DNA of 55,228 nt, filler included, from Sluysia triapertura (lineage: Eukaryota), in NCBI GenBank assembly GCA_046118255.1. It is 3 parts of 3 records of this genome, joined end to end, with 100 filler letters (N's around TTAATTAATTAA, not from the genome) between each part and the next. Parts side by side here need not be neighbours in the genome. Positions count along the whole stretch, not along the records: positions 1 to 19,259 come from JBJNIA010082033.1; 2 more parts are not named here. One strand, written 5' to 3'. Of this stretch, positions 1-11,607 are shown in pieces (the stretch's first letter is position 1; each line of letters begins with the position of its first letter). The notes below the pieces were generated by a model. The model had not been told where the DNA came from, did not search any database, and saw only the letters and a list, made by a program, of their open reading frames with translations. Made by a program: the position numbers and the translations under genes.

Positions 1-419
1 ATAAAGATTACCTTGAACGTAATTACGTAACATCAGAGCGCCGCCATATTTGTGCAAAAAATCACCATATATCTTAATGAAAAAAAATTCGGGGCTGAAA
101 GGGTTAATATCAGTGCGAATAACTTTTATCCAAGGTCCAAGTTATTAAATGTTGTATTAATAAAATTTTGTATTGTTAATTGTGAAACCATTTTATTTTT
201 TGCAAGTCAGAAATTACAATTTTATTTTTTTAATGAAATTAATTACGATAAGTCTTTTAATAGTTTTAAAATTCAATTAGTCGATTCAATATCTAAAGAC
301 GTGAAAAGTTATAAGCTCCTAAAAAAGTATAAAATTAAAGAGAATCGGTGTCTAAGTAACAAAAAAGGAACTTTGACAATTTCCGATGTAATTGTAAATG
401 TAATTAAATTGAAGTATTA

Positions 420-1170
420 GTACAAGGATCTTTGATATATTAAACATTTTTTGCGAACTAATTCAAAACGAACGTAAAAATATGTTTGCTATTTTCTTAT
501 TTGAACAACAGTTTATTGAATTACTTTTGAGACATAAAATTGTAAGCAACTATAAACGCCCTAAAGATCTACGCATACAAAAACATTACTCCATAATTGT
601 AACCCAAACTCATTTAACATTATATAACTATTTTGTTGCCAAGTTTTTTGTCACAGGAAAATCAATAAATTGTTTAATATATTTATGAGTAAAATCTGAT
701 TTAGAAAGATAATCTTACAAAAGAATATAAAAAGAGAAATTGAAAAAAATTCTTAAAATTAGTTGTTCTATTCAAAGAAAACGAGGAACACTAAAAAAAG
801 ATACATAAAATTCATTGAAAGGCGGACAGTGTATTTCAGCGTACACAATCGTATCAATGAATAAATTCCAGAAAAATTATAAGTTCAAATAATTTAACGT
901 TTAAATTTGGATAATGCAACGGTGCTTAAAGAGCGATCTACAATGTACAAAAACAACGCAGAGGTTTATTCTTCAATGCAAAACAAATTAAATCAAGTGA
1001 TTTTTGTAAGGTGCTTAGTTGAAAACCGTAATTTATATAATATAATATTTAGCATCTTCTTGGATGTCAGATAATTATGACATATTATTAAATTCATTGC
1101 TACAATGATAAATATTTGGAACTACATTTATAATATCAAAAGTAAAGATGTGCTTTGTTGAAAATTGATA
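420..1170 (+). mobile_element. Possible decayed DNA-transposon ORF (faintly Chapaev-like N-terminus)
   Basis: Broken Lys-rich coding-like sequence; motif similarity is weak. Confidence 0.2.
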
Positions 1171-2611
1171 GTAATACATCAAACCACACATATATTCCAT
1201 TTATATCCAATAACTAAAATGTCTCCTTCAAAAATTTCATTATCTTCAAATAAATTAAAATTAGGTTATATGACACTTATTTTACATAAATCAATGACTT
1301 ATTTCAACTTCATTTTAACACAAAATACTTTCATTGTTTCTAACCTAGAGACTGTAAAAAAGAGCGATTGTGCACAGCAAAACAATAACTAAAAATACAT
1401 TTTTCAAAACTTCGATAAAAACTAATTTTACAATTGAAGTTGAAATTAATAATTATCAGAAATTACATAGACACAGTATGTAATGTGATCATTAAATCTA
1501 ATGTGCCACTAAAAATAGGTTGATATAGTTTTCCAATGTTGGGTTAATACACTAAAAATTGTATTATTCATGTTTCAAATCATTTTATCATTACCAAGTA
1601 CAATGGTAAATTTAGAAAATGTCAGGAAAATTTAAACTTGACATTCTACTAGTTATAATATAGTTACATTGTTATTACATTCTTCATTATTACTATTCTG
1701 AAAGTTCTACAATAAAAATATTTAATTAACTCGTATTCGTTTCGCCTTTAATATTGATCCATGTACAGTAATCGATATATTTGAGTTTACTAAGCATTTA
1801 TTTCGACTCATCAAATCCAGACAAGTAACATATAAAACTACGCATTCATACAAAAACGATAAAGTAATCTAAGCCTTATTTTATTAATATATTAATTACT
1901 GAAAATTCAAATGAAACAAATATCAACACAATATTTACTTTCAATTATAAAAATATGTTATCACAAACACAATATAAATCAAAACGAGCGCAATATCATA
2001 TATTATAATTTGACAAAACACAGAACTGGAGTTCTAACAAAGTCAATAAAATGGATACATACATTTACCGAACCGAAAGTTATGTAATATATATAACTTG
2101 GTTACAAATTAAGGAAAAAGGGACAATCCAATAATATACAATTCTCACTAAAATGAAAGCTACAAAAATATAAAGGGAAACATGAATTCCAACACTAATG
2201 AATTATATTCACTCTTCATATATTTATTGGTCTTGCATTAGAAAAATAATCTTTATAACTAAAACATTGGAGACGATTACTTCTATAAAGAAAACATTTG
2301 ACTATTTACATAGAAACACAGCACTGTATAATTTATAAGATTATAACATATTTTAATTTTTTGTTTAATTTATCAGTTCAAAATATTGAGGAATGCTTAA
2401 AAATCATTTTTGTTTAAAATAGGATTATACAAAATACCTGCTAAAAAAACTTATTGAAATTATATTATACATATATATCTCTCAATTTAAAACTTAAAAA
2501 TTGAAATAACTAGGGTATTACTTTAGGGCAAAAAGAAATTTAATTTAAAAATACAATTTAACTTATCAACGCAAAAAAGATTATATAAAGCTCTAATAAA
2601 AAAGCACTCGA

Positions 2612-2612
<1 letters not shown>

Positions 2613-2663
<51 letters not shown>
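2613..2663. repeat. (AAT)n microsatellite; others near 5153, 6543, 8468, 34494, 41407, 43653, 47171, 49118, 50005, 55152
   Basis: Directly visible. Confidence 0.98.
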
Positions 2664-2664
<1 letters not shown>

Positions 2665-3850
2665 TAAAATGACAATATTCAAATTTCAATTAAAAAGATT
2701 AAAGTGCATATTATAAGGAACTGGAATAATGTGTTGTAATACATTGTTTCTTGATTTAGGTTAATCACAATATAAGCATAAAAATATGTTTAAAATGAAA
2801 TGGTGATAAAGCAATACAAATGAATTAGTTGATTCTTGAAAATATTATCATACAAGTACAGATTGGCAATTAAAATTCAATAGTGTCATAATAAACATGC
2901 AAAAAGGATAGGGAATTCACAAATATATAATCATAAATGTACAAGTGATAGCAATTTTACATTCTTATATAAATCAATAAAATACAAATAAAGTACATTA
3001 ACATCTTATTATGAGATTAGATAGATATTGTGATTATACGATAATAAAATAATAATGATGGCTATAATAAACAAATTATTTTTTCTAATTAAACTTAGAA
3101 ATTTATTCTATAATTTGGTATAAATACAATACTTCAATTTGCATTACGTTAAAGTAACATTTTCATTAGCTTATTTGCTCTTAAATGATAATGACCAGAT
3201 AATTCAGTAAACTAGAAAAGAATATACAAAATATTATCACTAAATCTTTGAACCAAGGAATGTTCATGTTTCCTGTCAGTATTTTCATTATGTAATTGAG
3301 TTATATATATTGCAGGTCACGAGTAGCATACGAGACATTTCTGGCCTAACCCTTACAGAGTTCACATTAGAATATTAGTAATCAAGTCAATGTTAACGGA
3401 TCATGTTTTCTTGTCACCGAACATGTCCAAATAAGTGCGGAGGCCATGGTTACCGTCACTAACTTTATTTCAATTGAAAAAGTGATTAAAAGTCTTTAAA
3501 AATGGGACGAGAAGAATAAGTTTAAAATTTCTGAATTCCATTAAATACTGAAATAGTATATTTTAAAAACGTTTTAATACACTTCTAAATTCTAGTACAT
3601 CTACACACTGAAAGACTAACATCAGTACTATCACATTTTGAGGATATTTCTATGTCCGTATCGTTTCAAAATTGGAGATAATTACTTTGATGGAATTCCG
3701 AAAAATAGTAATCAAAATAATAATGTTTTTAAATTAATGTGATAGGCTACAAAATTTGTTTCTTATATATCAAAACTCACAACTCTGAAAAATACGGAAA
3801 AATGAAATTACTAATTTAAACAATGTCATATAACAATTTAAACTATTGAA

Positions 3851-4291
3851 TTATTGATTTTCGAAGTTATTACTGTCATTAATATTCGTTAAATTAGGAT
3901 AAATATTATTACTATTATTATTCGACTTTCTGTTAATCATATGAGACAGTGCATCAGCCAATAAAACATGGGATTCATTCTGATTGATTGGTACTACATC
4001 TTCATTATTAATACTATTGGACAAATTAATATCTAAATTTGTTTTATCACTGTCGTCGCCATCATTATCATCACGATAAGTTTTTTGATGATAAACAGTT
4101 ATCTCATCGTCATCAGTGGCAACTAAAGGTTCGTACTGTGCAGTTGGTCTGGAACGTCCACAAATGAGCCATTTTACAAAACGGCCCACAGGATCGGGCG
4201 ATGAACCTGTACCACTTGTTAAATAACTAATAGCAATAAATGATAAAAATATTGGAATAGAGCCCATGTAAAATACCCAATCATACTCTTT
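3851..4291 (-). CDS. SLC35F5: SLC35F5-like terminal exon
   Basis: ttag|AAA GAG TAT; KEYDWVFYMGSIPIFLSFIAISYL then an acidic/Asn-rich tail and TAA; 441 nt, phase 0. Confidence 0.88.
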   Translation of the reverse strand, partial: KEYDWVFYMGSIPIFLSFIAISYLTSGTGSSPDPVGRFVKWLICGRSRPTAQYEPLVATDDDEITVYHQKTYRDDNDGDDSDKTNLDINLSNSINNEDVVPINQNESHVLLADALSHMINRKSNNNSNNIYPNLTNINDSNNFENQ

Positions 4292-5058
4292 CTAAATAAT
4301 GTAATAAAAAATAAAGTTATTTTTATTTAAAATCTTAGAATATTACCACTTAAGAATATGTATTCATAGATTTATGAAGTGATACTTTTGGTAAGAAAAC
4401 TAACACCTCATAAAATGATTAATAAATATAAAATAAAATAATTGAAATGAGTTATTAATTAAATATTCATTAAAACACTGACAATTGTTAGACCCTGAAA
4501 AACAAAAAATTTAGTAATAAGTGAATTTCCTCTGTAATTTAAAATTTATGAATAACGTGCTATCAATAATGTGTATTTAAAACACTAGTCTGGCCAGAAT
4601 TTTTTATTACCTAGAAAGCCCATGTGAGTCAATTGACGCAAATGCTTGCAATTGGCTGATACTTTCAGAATTGTGTTGGAATTAAGGTTATGATATCATC
4701 GTATATTTTTTTCATAATTTTCCCATGTAAACTCCGTTTGTCATTACTCAAATACACACTTGGTCCTTCAAGTGTTAACAATATAAAACACAAACAAAAA
4801 TTCAAATTCTTAGCAATCAATTAACGATTTATTAAAACAAAGTAATTAAGGATAATGTTTTTACAATGTTAATATTTCAAATAATTAACGATTTTTATAT
4901 TCTTATTCTTCTTTATTTGCTTGAATTCTTTGATTGTTCTTGTAGCTCCACTTTATAAACACTGATTTGTCAAAAATTTATTAAGTTAATTTATTCTTAA
5001 TGAATCATTGATAAAAAGCCTTTAGGAGAGTTAAAGAAAACAATAAAATAAAACGTAC

Positions 5059-5149
5059 TTTATGAATAAGGAAATCAGATAAAATACTCAATGGAATTGT
5101 TAAAACTAAAGACACTGTTGCTGTCAAAGATGACGTAAGAAAACAAGCC
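5059..5149 (-). CDS. SLC35F5: SLC35F5-like exon (missing from the ORF track)
   Basis: cag|G GCT TGT...CAT AAA|gtacg; (W)ACFLTSSLTATVSLVLTIPLSILSDFLIHK matches [26 protein letters not shown]. Confidence 0.92.
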
Positions 5150-5153
5150 CTGA

Positions 5154-5184
<31 letters not shown>

Positions 5185-5506
5185 GTGCGATTCAAAAAGG
5201 TAAGCAACTTTACCTTAACTCCCTACGGGCCCGAGTAACTTTATCCCCATTTTACCAAATAGTTTTAGTTATTTCACAAGATGATGTATACGTCTTAATT
5301 ATATAATAACAATAATGATGACGATTGACAGCACCATCAGCGTGAAATGCAGTTTTATTTTATTCTTTAATCTATAGAATTATTAGCGGTTTAACAACCA
5401 CAGAATCGTATTTTATCTCAACTTTTTATACTTCATTTGACAAATTCTTAACTGAAAATTCTTCCCAATTCAGTACTTACCCCTAATAAATTGAAGAGTG
5501 AGCTAG

Positions 5507-5680
5507 AGACCATATCGTTAAATGTTTATAAAGATCATGATGTTGTAGAAATCATAAAGTTTGCCAAGTTTATCGATACATTTAATATAATATTAACAGT
5601 TAATCGTAAATTAGAAATCAGATCGTTAAATGTTCATAAAGATCATGATGATATGAAAATCATAAAGCTTATTAAATTTC
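5507..5680. repeat. Diverged direct repeat with 108-bp spacing
   Basis: ATCGTTAAATGTT(T/C)ATAAAGATCATGATG at 5514 and 5622. Confidence 0.85.
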
Positions 5681-6552
5681 ATGTTATTCGTCGGACCCAG
5701 GAAAGTTCGAATCTTACGAAAACTGGTACGCACTCATCAAGTCTTACCACCTTCATCTAGAGGTAATAAATTATCACTTAAATTTTATTCTAGTTATTAT
5801 GATTGAAAGTATAAAGTTTTATCTTTTGATAATCTTATTTTTTTAGAATCAGAAGAAATCTGGCCTGTGAAACGAACAGAACATCTGTCATATAATCATA
5901 TAATCATCTGTTATAATCATATGAACACAAAATAAATAGTAACGACAATTTTATTTAATTTGAAAGTTCGACACAGGTTACTTTTGAACGAATCAAAATG
6001 AAGTATTTAAATAATTCAGCTATCAAATTTGACTTAGAACAATTACAATCCATTAATTTATCTGTGTTTTGTATTTTAAATTTTCATAATACACCTTGAA
6101 AGTCGTTATTTTTTTCGAATTAATTTATACATAGAATAAAGTAAAATAAAAAACTTTAGAGTGAAATTGTTTTAAAAAATCAGTAAAGTCACTTTGACCT
6201 TCACAATAATCTCTTATCTTAATTTCTACAGGTACGTCCGTCTCGAAGACTATAAATCGCACACTGTAAGCAGACCCATTATTGTTAATTAATTGTTTTG
6301 CTAAAAGAGTAAGAGAAATCTGACAGACTATAATTATAAAGGTTGTAATTTACTTATCAGAAAAGTTATTGGGATAAAGGTATGTAAATTTGAACTATGG
6401 AACAAGCATGTTCTAACATAAACTAATAATGCATAATAATTCCCTCGGATAGTTAATATATGTATGACTCAAATCTTAGTTGTCATATAGAACTGTGGTG
6501 CACAGAATTGCAGTTAAGATTAAGAAAATGAAACTTTTAACATAACAATAAC

Positions 6553-6620
<68 letters not shown>

Positions 6621-7479
6621 CAGTAAGATAAACACAAAGAACAATTAATTTAAAAAAATCATTACGCGGAATTTCTTACAAAGGGACCTTATAAATTTGT
6701 AGATACATGATAAATACTTAAGACATTTATTCTCTGAAAGCCACTTTTGCGGTTATTAATGAAGCTGCAAGTACCTTGAAAGAAGCTAGTTAAGTTCTGA
6801 TCTGAACTAGCACTTATGCCCATAGTAAACTTAATAAGTAACCGTGAATAATTATCGAGCAAACTCTAAATAACTAGTCGTCGACAATGTACCGCCGCTT
6901 AATAAAAGTCTGTCGTGAAAAATTCAAATTTTTAACTATAAAAGCAGTAGTCGTCGATTGCCTCTGCGAGTCAAAATATTGTGAAATACTCTCTCTCATC
7001 TTTAAAACTGTTACAATATGATGATAATAACATATCTTTTAGGCTGCAAATGCTTAAATAAAATCCTTTTGATAATTCCTTAATAGGTAGGATATTTTCA
7101 AACAAAAGACTTAGAACCATTTCTGCTTATAATAATTCTCGGTCGTTTAAAGAGTGGACTATTAGCTTAACCATGTTACATCCTTTAGAATCAGCTTTAC
7201 TGCAAGATCAAACAATTACTGTTCTAGTAAGAAATAAGAGTATACTTGTACCTACACTGTTGGGATACAGGCCTAAAGTGCCATTGAGTATAATTGACTA
7301 TAATAATCTAAAATTGTTAGACGGGGCTGATAGATCAGTTCGTAGAATCTATTAGTTCACAAGATTAAAAATTCGATAATGATGAAAATATGATGATAAA
7401 CAAGAATAAATATAAAATCTATGATTTTATATTTAAAATATTAAATATTATATATTTGATATTTATTTATTTAACAATT

Positions 7480-7730
7480 GATCTCCAGGGCAAACTGCAG
7501 GAACAACTGAAATGCAAGATGTCTCTGGATACATTCGTTGTTGGAGCCTTGAAGTCATGGGATCCCGAGAATGACAAGGCACTTGTCTTCCACAAGACCG
7601 AAATCAATACCCTGGTACGACTAGCTGTAGAGTCCTCGAATAACGCATACCGCGACCATGTCCTACAAGGTCCCAGAATGGAAGAAAGAAGATTACCTTC
7701 CTTCTCTAAAAAAATAGAAAGAGACTAAAA
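7480..7730 (+). mobile_element. 3' fragment of an NeSL/Utopia/R5-type RLE non-LTR retrotransposon
   Basis: LDTFVVGALKSWDPEND...SNNAYRDHV fits the clade C-terminal motif (F/L)IVG(A/S)LGSWDP.NE...SR..Y.EH; GC-rich island. Confidence 0.65.
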
Positions 7731-7749
7731 CCATTATATTAATACATGT

Positions 7750-7782
7750 CTTTTAATCGAGAGGCCCAGGTTCGATTCCCGA
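7750..7782 (+). other. 3' half of a tRNA-like sequence (SINE head or tRNA pseudogene)
   Basis: CTTTTAA (Lys-UUU-like loop) then B-box GGTTCGATTCCC; no A-box or acceptor stem seen. Confidence 0.5.
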
Positions 7783-8135
7783 TAAGTCGATTTTACGAAG
7801 CCTAACACTACTATTATTTCGATTCAAGACATGCTACAATTAAGTCCTCACTATCATATTTCTATCTGTAATATGCGTCCTCAAAAGCTAACCTTCAATA
7901 ACTCTACACCAAACCTTCAATTAAATTAAAGTAAACATATTATACACATATTATAAACATATTAAACGTATACCCTCGAAATATTTACCAACATATTAAA
8001 TAAATATTAATCAATGGCACCTTTAAATTTGTTTAATTATTTTTATTACGATACTTTACGAAAAGTACAAAATTGTTTGTTATTTTGTCTTGGAAATTAA
8101 AAAAATATATAATCTAAATCATCGTAACTACTAAC

Positions 8136-8465
8136 CACAACCACAACAATTCGGAACCCAATGTACCAATAAAACCATTGAGTAAAAGCATTAGAAACTG
8201 TTTTTTATCAGGCAATTCAAATATTTCAATTTTCGCTATATTGAGCAAAACACCAATCGGCCATGAGCAAACTAAACACCACATACCAACAAATCCCAAT
8301 AACATTATCAAATTCACGTGGCGTTCAGTGGGAACTTTACGACGTAATAAAACTAAATAAATAGCATAACCAGCTGCACTTCCCAGGCTCCACAATATTC
8401 CTGAATATTCTAAGTGAGATGTTTGTTTTGAATAACCGATTGCTATCAAAACTACACCGCTCAAA
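8136..8465 (-). CDS. SLC35F5: SLC35F5-like exon (EamA/DMT repeat)
   Basis: GILWSLGSAAGYAIYLVLLRRKV...GFVG...EIFELPDKKQFLMLLLNGFIGTLGSELLWLW; phases match both neighbours. Confidence 0.92.
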
Positions 8466-8468
8466 CTA

Positions 8469-8529
<61 letters not shown>

Positions 8530-8555
8530 TTAATAATAATAATAATAATAACCAC

Positions 8556-8698
8556 CTTATGAGTACTACTAATAATTTGGTTAAAGTAAACTTATCTTTC
8601 TCTGTACTCGGAAAGAAGCTTGATAGCACTAAAGTAAATAATGTTGAAGAAGTGCTTAAAATATTCACCAATACTGGCAGAGATTTTGATAGTGCCAT
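8556..8698 (-). CDS. SLC35F5: SLC35F5-like exon
   Basis: ALSKSLPVLVNILSTSSTLFTLVLSSFFPSTEKDKFTLTKLLVVLI; tttag acceptor, AG|gtgg donor. Confidence 0.9.
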
Positions 8699-9141
8699 CT
8701 AAATATAAAAAACATATTCTTAACATCATATTAATAAATTAAAAAAAACTATTGTTCTATATCTCAACATGTTACAAGTCAAACAATTTGAAATTGATAC
8801 TTAAATAATGGCTGAATTATAATTTCTATTTTGAATGGTCGTAATTCGAAATACAAAATTCAAATACAAAAAGTAGTGTTAAACAGTGGCAAAATAAACA
8901 TCATTAAATAAACATTTTGAATTTCACTAATTCATCATTTATATCAGAAGATAGATACATCTGCACTAAACCAGCAGTAAACCAATGTAAAAGGGAGGGG
9001 ATTCTTTTACTAGTGGTTTGTTGTGTTTTGGTATTATTTTGCTTAAAGTAATATATTACAAGCTTACACAAAAATCTATTAAAAATAATTCAAAAATATT
9101 AAAATTTAATGTATATCATAATTGAAATAAAGAAACTAACA

Positions 9142-9427
9142 TATTGGGTTGGTGCACAAATTCGTGCGGTTTTATTTGTTGAAAAGAAAACACTCAAATT
9201 TCTTGTTTTAACTGACTTGAGTTATATTCATTCAACTGAATTATCTATGTAAATCATTTTAGACTATCACTTTCATTACTCTCATTAAAATGGAGTGCCA
9301 GGAAGATAAAAATGAACATTTCCGGAATATATTTCTTTTATATTTCAATCGACATTTAAACGCTACAGAAGCCACCAGATTAACAATAACAACGTAGATT
9401 GAAGAATTTTTTGACCAAAAATCTTTA
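9142..9427 (+). mobile_element. Internally deleted mariner, 3' end missing
   Basis: TA + TIR TTGGGTTGGTGCACAAATTCGTGCGGTTTT; MECQEDKNEHFRNIFLLYF fused to ITT*IEEFFDQK. Confidence 0.85.
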
Positions 9428-10400
9428 AGAATAAGAAAAAAGACAGATTATCACAATGAACATTATTAAAAGAATAAGAAAAGCATTCAGCAAAAGTACA
9501 ACTGCTAAAAATACTCAGTGAATCAAGTGATTTTACCATTAGCTTATACTATAATTAATACGATATATGAAAGTAAAAATGATGACATTTTAGTAAAGTC
9601 ATAAAAAGCAAGAATTTTCTACTGATAAAACCGCAACATCTCGTAAGTATCTAGGCTCTTAAAAATACTAAAATGTTTAGTAGAAAGCATTTAGTTAAAG
9701 TTCCAGAAGTGCGTAATATTCCGAAAACTTGAATCTAAGACAGGCATAAGCTCGTTATGATTGCTTATTTTTCCTTGTATAAACCAAAGTAGTAAAATGA
9801 CAAAATATTAGGCAAATATTAGCTTCATTGTTGCAATAAAAAGATCTGGGATTGTTTCTTTTTAGGTAAAAGATTTAAGGATTTAATCACCAATAAATTA
9901 TTCTAGAATTTTTTAATAATCCTCATTTTGTTTTGGATTGGGCAATTGTGGTTCCACTATAGGAAAGATGATACTGAAATTGCTTACTTGTAAGAATGTT
10001 AATTATCATTTTATACCACCTTTTCCACCTTAATCAAACCAAACTGAAGAATATTTTAATTATTTTAATCAAGATTGGCTTCCTACATTTCTTTGCCAGA
10101 AAAATCAAGAGTTGAGAAGAAGGGCTTCTGACATTATAAACAATGATATTATAAGTTTCGCTTAAATTATAAATATTTGTAAACTTTATAGGCATGTATG
10201 AATTGTATGATTACATACTAAGGATATGAAGGTAATCTATTATTCTTAACACTAAACGCACCAAGGTTTGATGTATACCTATTCATACCATCACCAATCA
10301 TTTCCCGACGTCATTTTCCATTGTGAAAATGCTACAATGCATATAATAAATTTATTATATAAATGAATGACAAATAAATAAATATAAATAAATGACAAAC

Positions 10401-10723
10401 CTGATAAGCGTAATTAGCCAAAAACCAACATAAACAAAATTGTAATGCTAATTTCATAACAAAACTAGCTGGATATATACCTTTATCGTACAATTTCTGT
10501 AACATAATTTTACGATGATGTTTTTCAGCAGCTTTAAATGACATTCGAGCTTGAACTGATTCTTCAGCATATGTCTGTGACAGTTGTCGTACTTCAATTG
10601 TACGATTGAATTTAACTGTTCTTTTCGTACTAGATTGTATAGTTTCATTTTGCGTCGCATTTTCTGCGCTTTCATTTATTTCGGGAAAATCATTACGATC
10701 GAGGACTATATACTCATCATCAT
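10401..10723 (-). CDS. SLC35F5: SLC35F5-like exon
   Basis: AG/GT bounded; KRTVKFNRTIEVRQLSQTYAEESVQARMSF...FCLCWFLANYAYQ matches KSRVRFSNIMEIRQLP..HALEAKLSRMSY...FCFVWFLAN. Confidence 0.9.
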
Positions 10724-10919
10724 CTAAATAATAATGATAATAGTTATTCTCTCAAATATTATTCGATGGTAAATTTTCTTTATCAAGTTCACGTACACGA
10801 CTTCAGGTGCATTTGACAGTTAATGTCGTCATTTTTTTACATATTAATCAATATTGTTTAATAATAAACGGTGTGTATTTTCAACATCTGAACAAATTTG
10901 GAAATTATCTTAAGGAATA

Positions 10920-11607
10920 CCTAAAATAAGTTGCTGTAGTTTTTTCTAACGCTTAACCTATGGCAAAATAATTTTTGACAGGGCCCGCATAGTTGGCAAT
11001 TCTGCAACTTGATAAGTTAATAACTAACTTAATTCTTTGTAAATACTATTTTAATTTAATGAATAGAACTAAAAATTCAAAAAACTTTATTTAATTTACG
11101 GAAAATTGTGATAGAAAAAAGACAAAATAGAATCATAAATTTTAAAGTTAAAACTCTTTTTGGTATTTAACTTTTGTAATGTTTAATTTTTCTGTATTCA
11201 GCCCCTCAATATATTGGAGAAACCTAATTCTTTCTTTAAAGATGTGAATTTACGTGAATTTTAATATATTAATTTTAAAAGTAATATCACCTTATAAAAA
11301 ATAACTTCATAAAAACTTCTCCAAGCAATTGCGAATACTTTGAGCAAATTAAATTCCAAATAACGAATTTTACAAATGGCGATTATCATTAAATTGATGT
11401 CAGTTTATATACTTGTCATCAGCCAATGAGAATCGATGGAATGTTCTAGAACAATCTAGAAGCTTCTATTCTATTTTTAGAAGCTAATCTTCTTTTTTCG
11501 AAAAATAATTTCTTTTTGGATAATAAGATTTTTAAATGATTTTAAATAATTATAAAATATTATTGACATTTTAAATTATTTTATAGGGTTGTGATGACAA
11601 CTTAACA
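10920..11607 (-). mobile_element. LTR-like family B; other pieces at 12230-12560(+), 43477-43552(+), 50229-50722(+), 54290-54670(+)
   Basis: Terminus TGTTA(A/G)GTTG(T/C)CATCACAACC in three copies; internal GG.CCCTG..CAAAAA..ATTTT...TAAG.G.TAGAAAAAC.ACAGCA in three copies. Confidence 0.65.

Noticed and set aside
7750-7790. Functional tRNA gene
   Set aside because: Only the anticodon loop and T-arm are recognisable; no D-arm or acceptor stem
8114-8698. 194-aa ORF with a poly-Leu run as a single exon
   Set aside because: It is two SLC35F5 exons read through a (TTA)n intron
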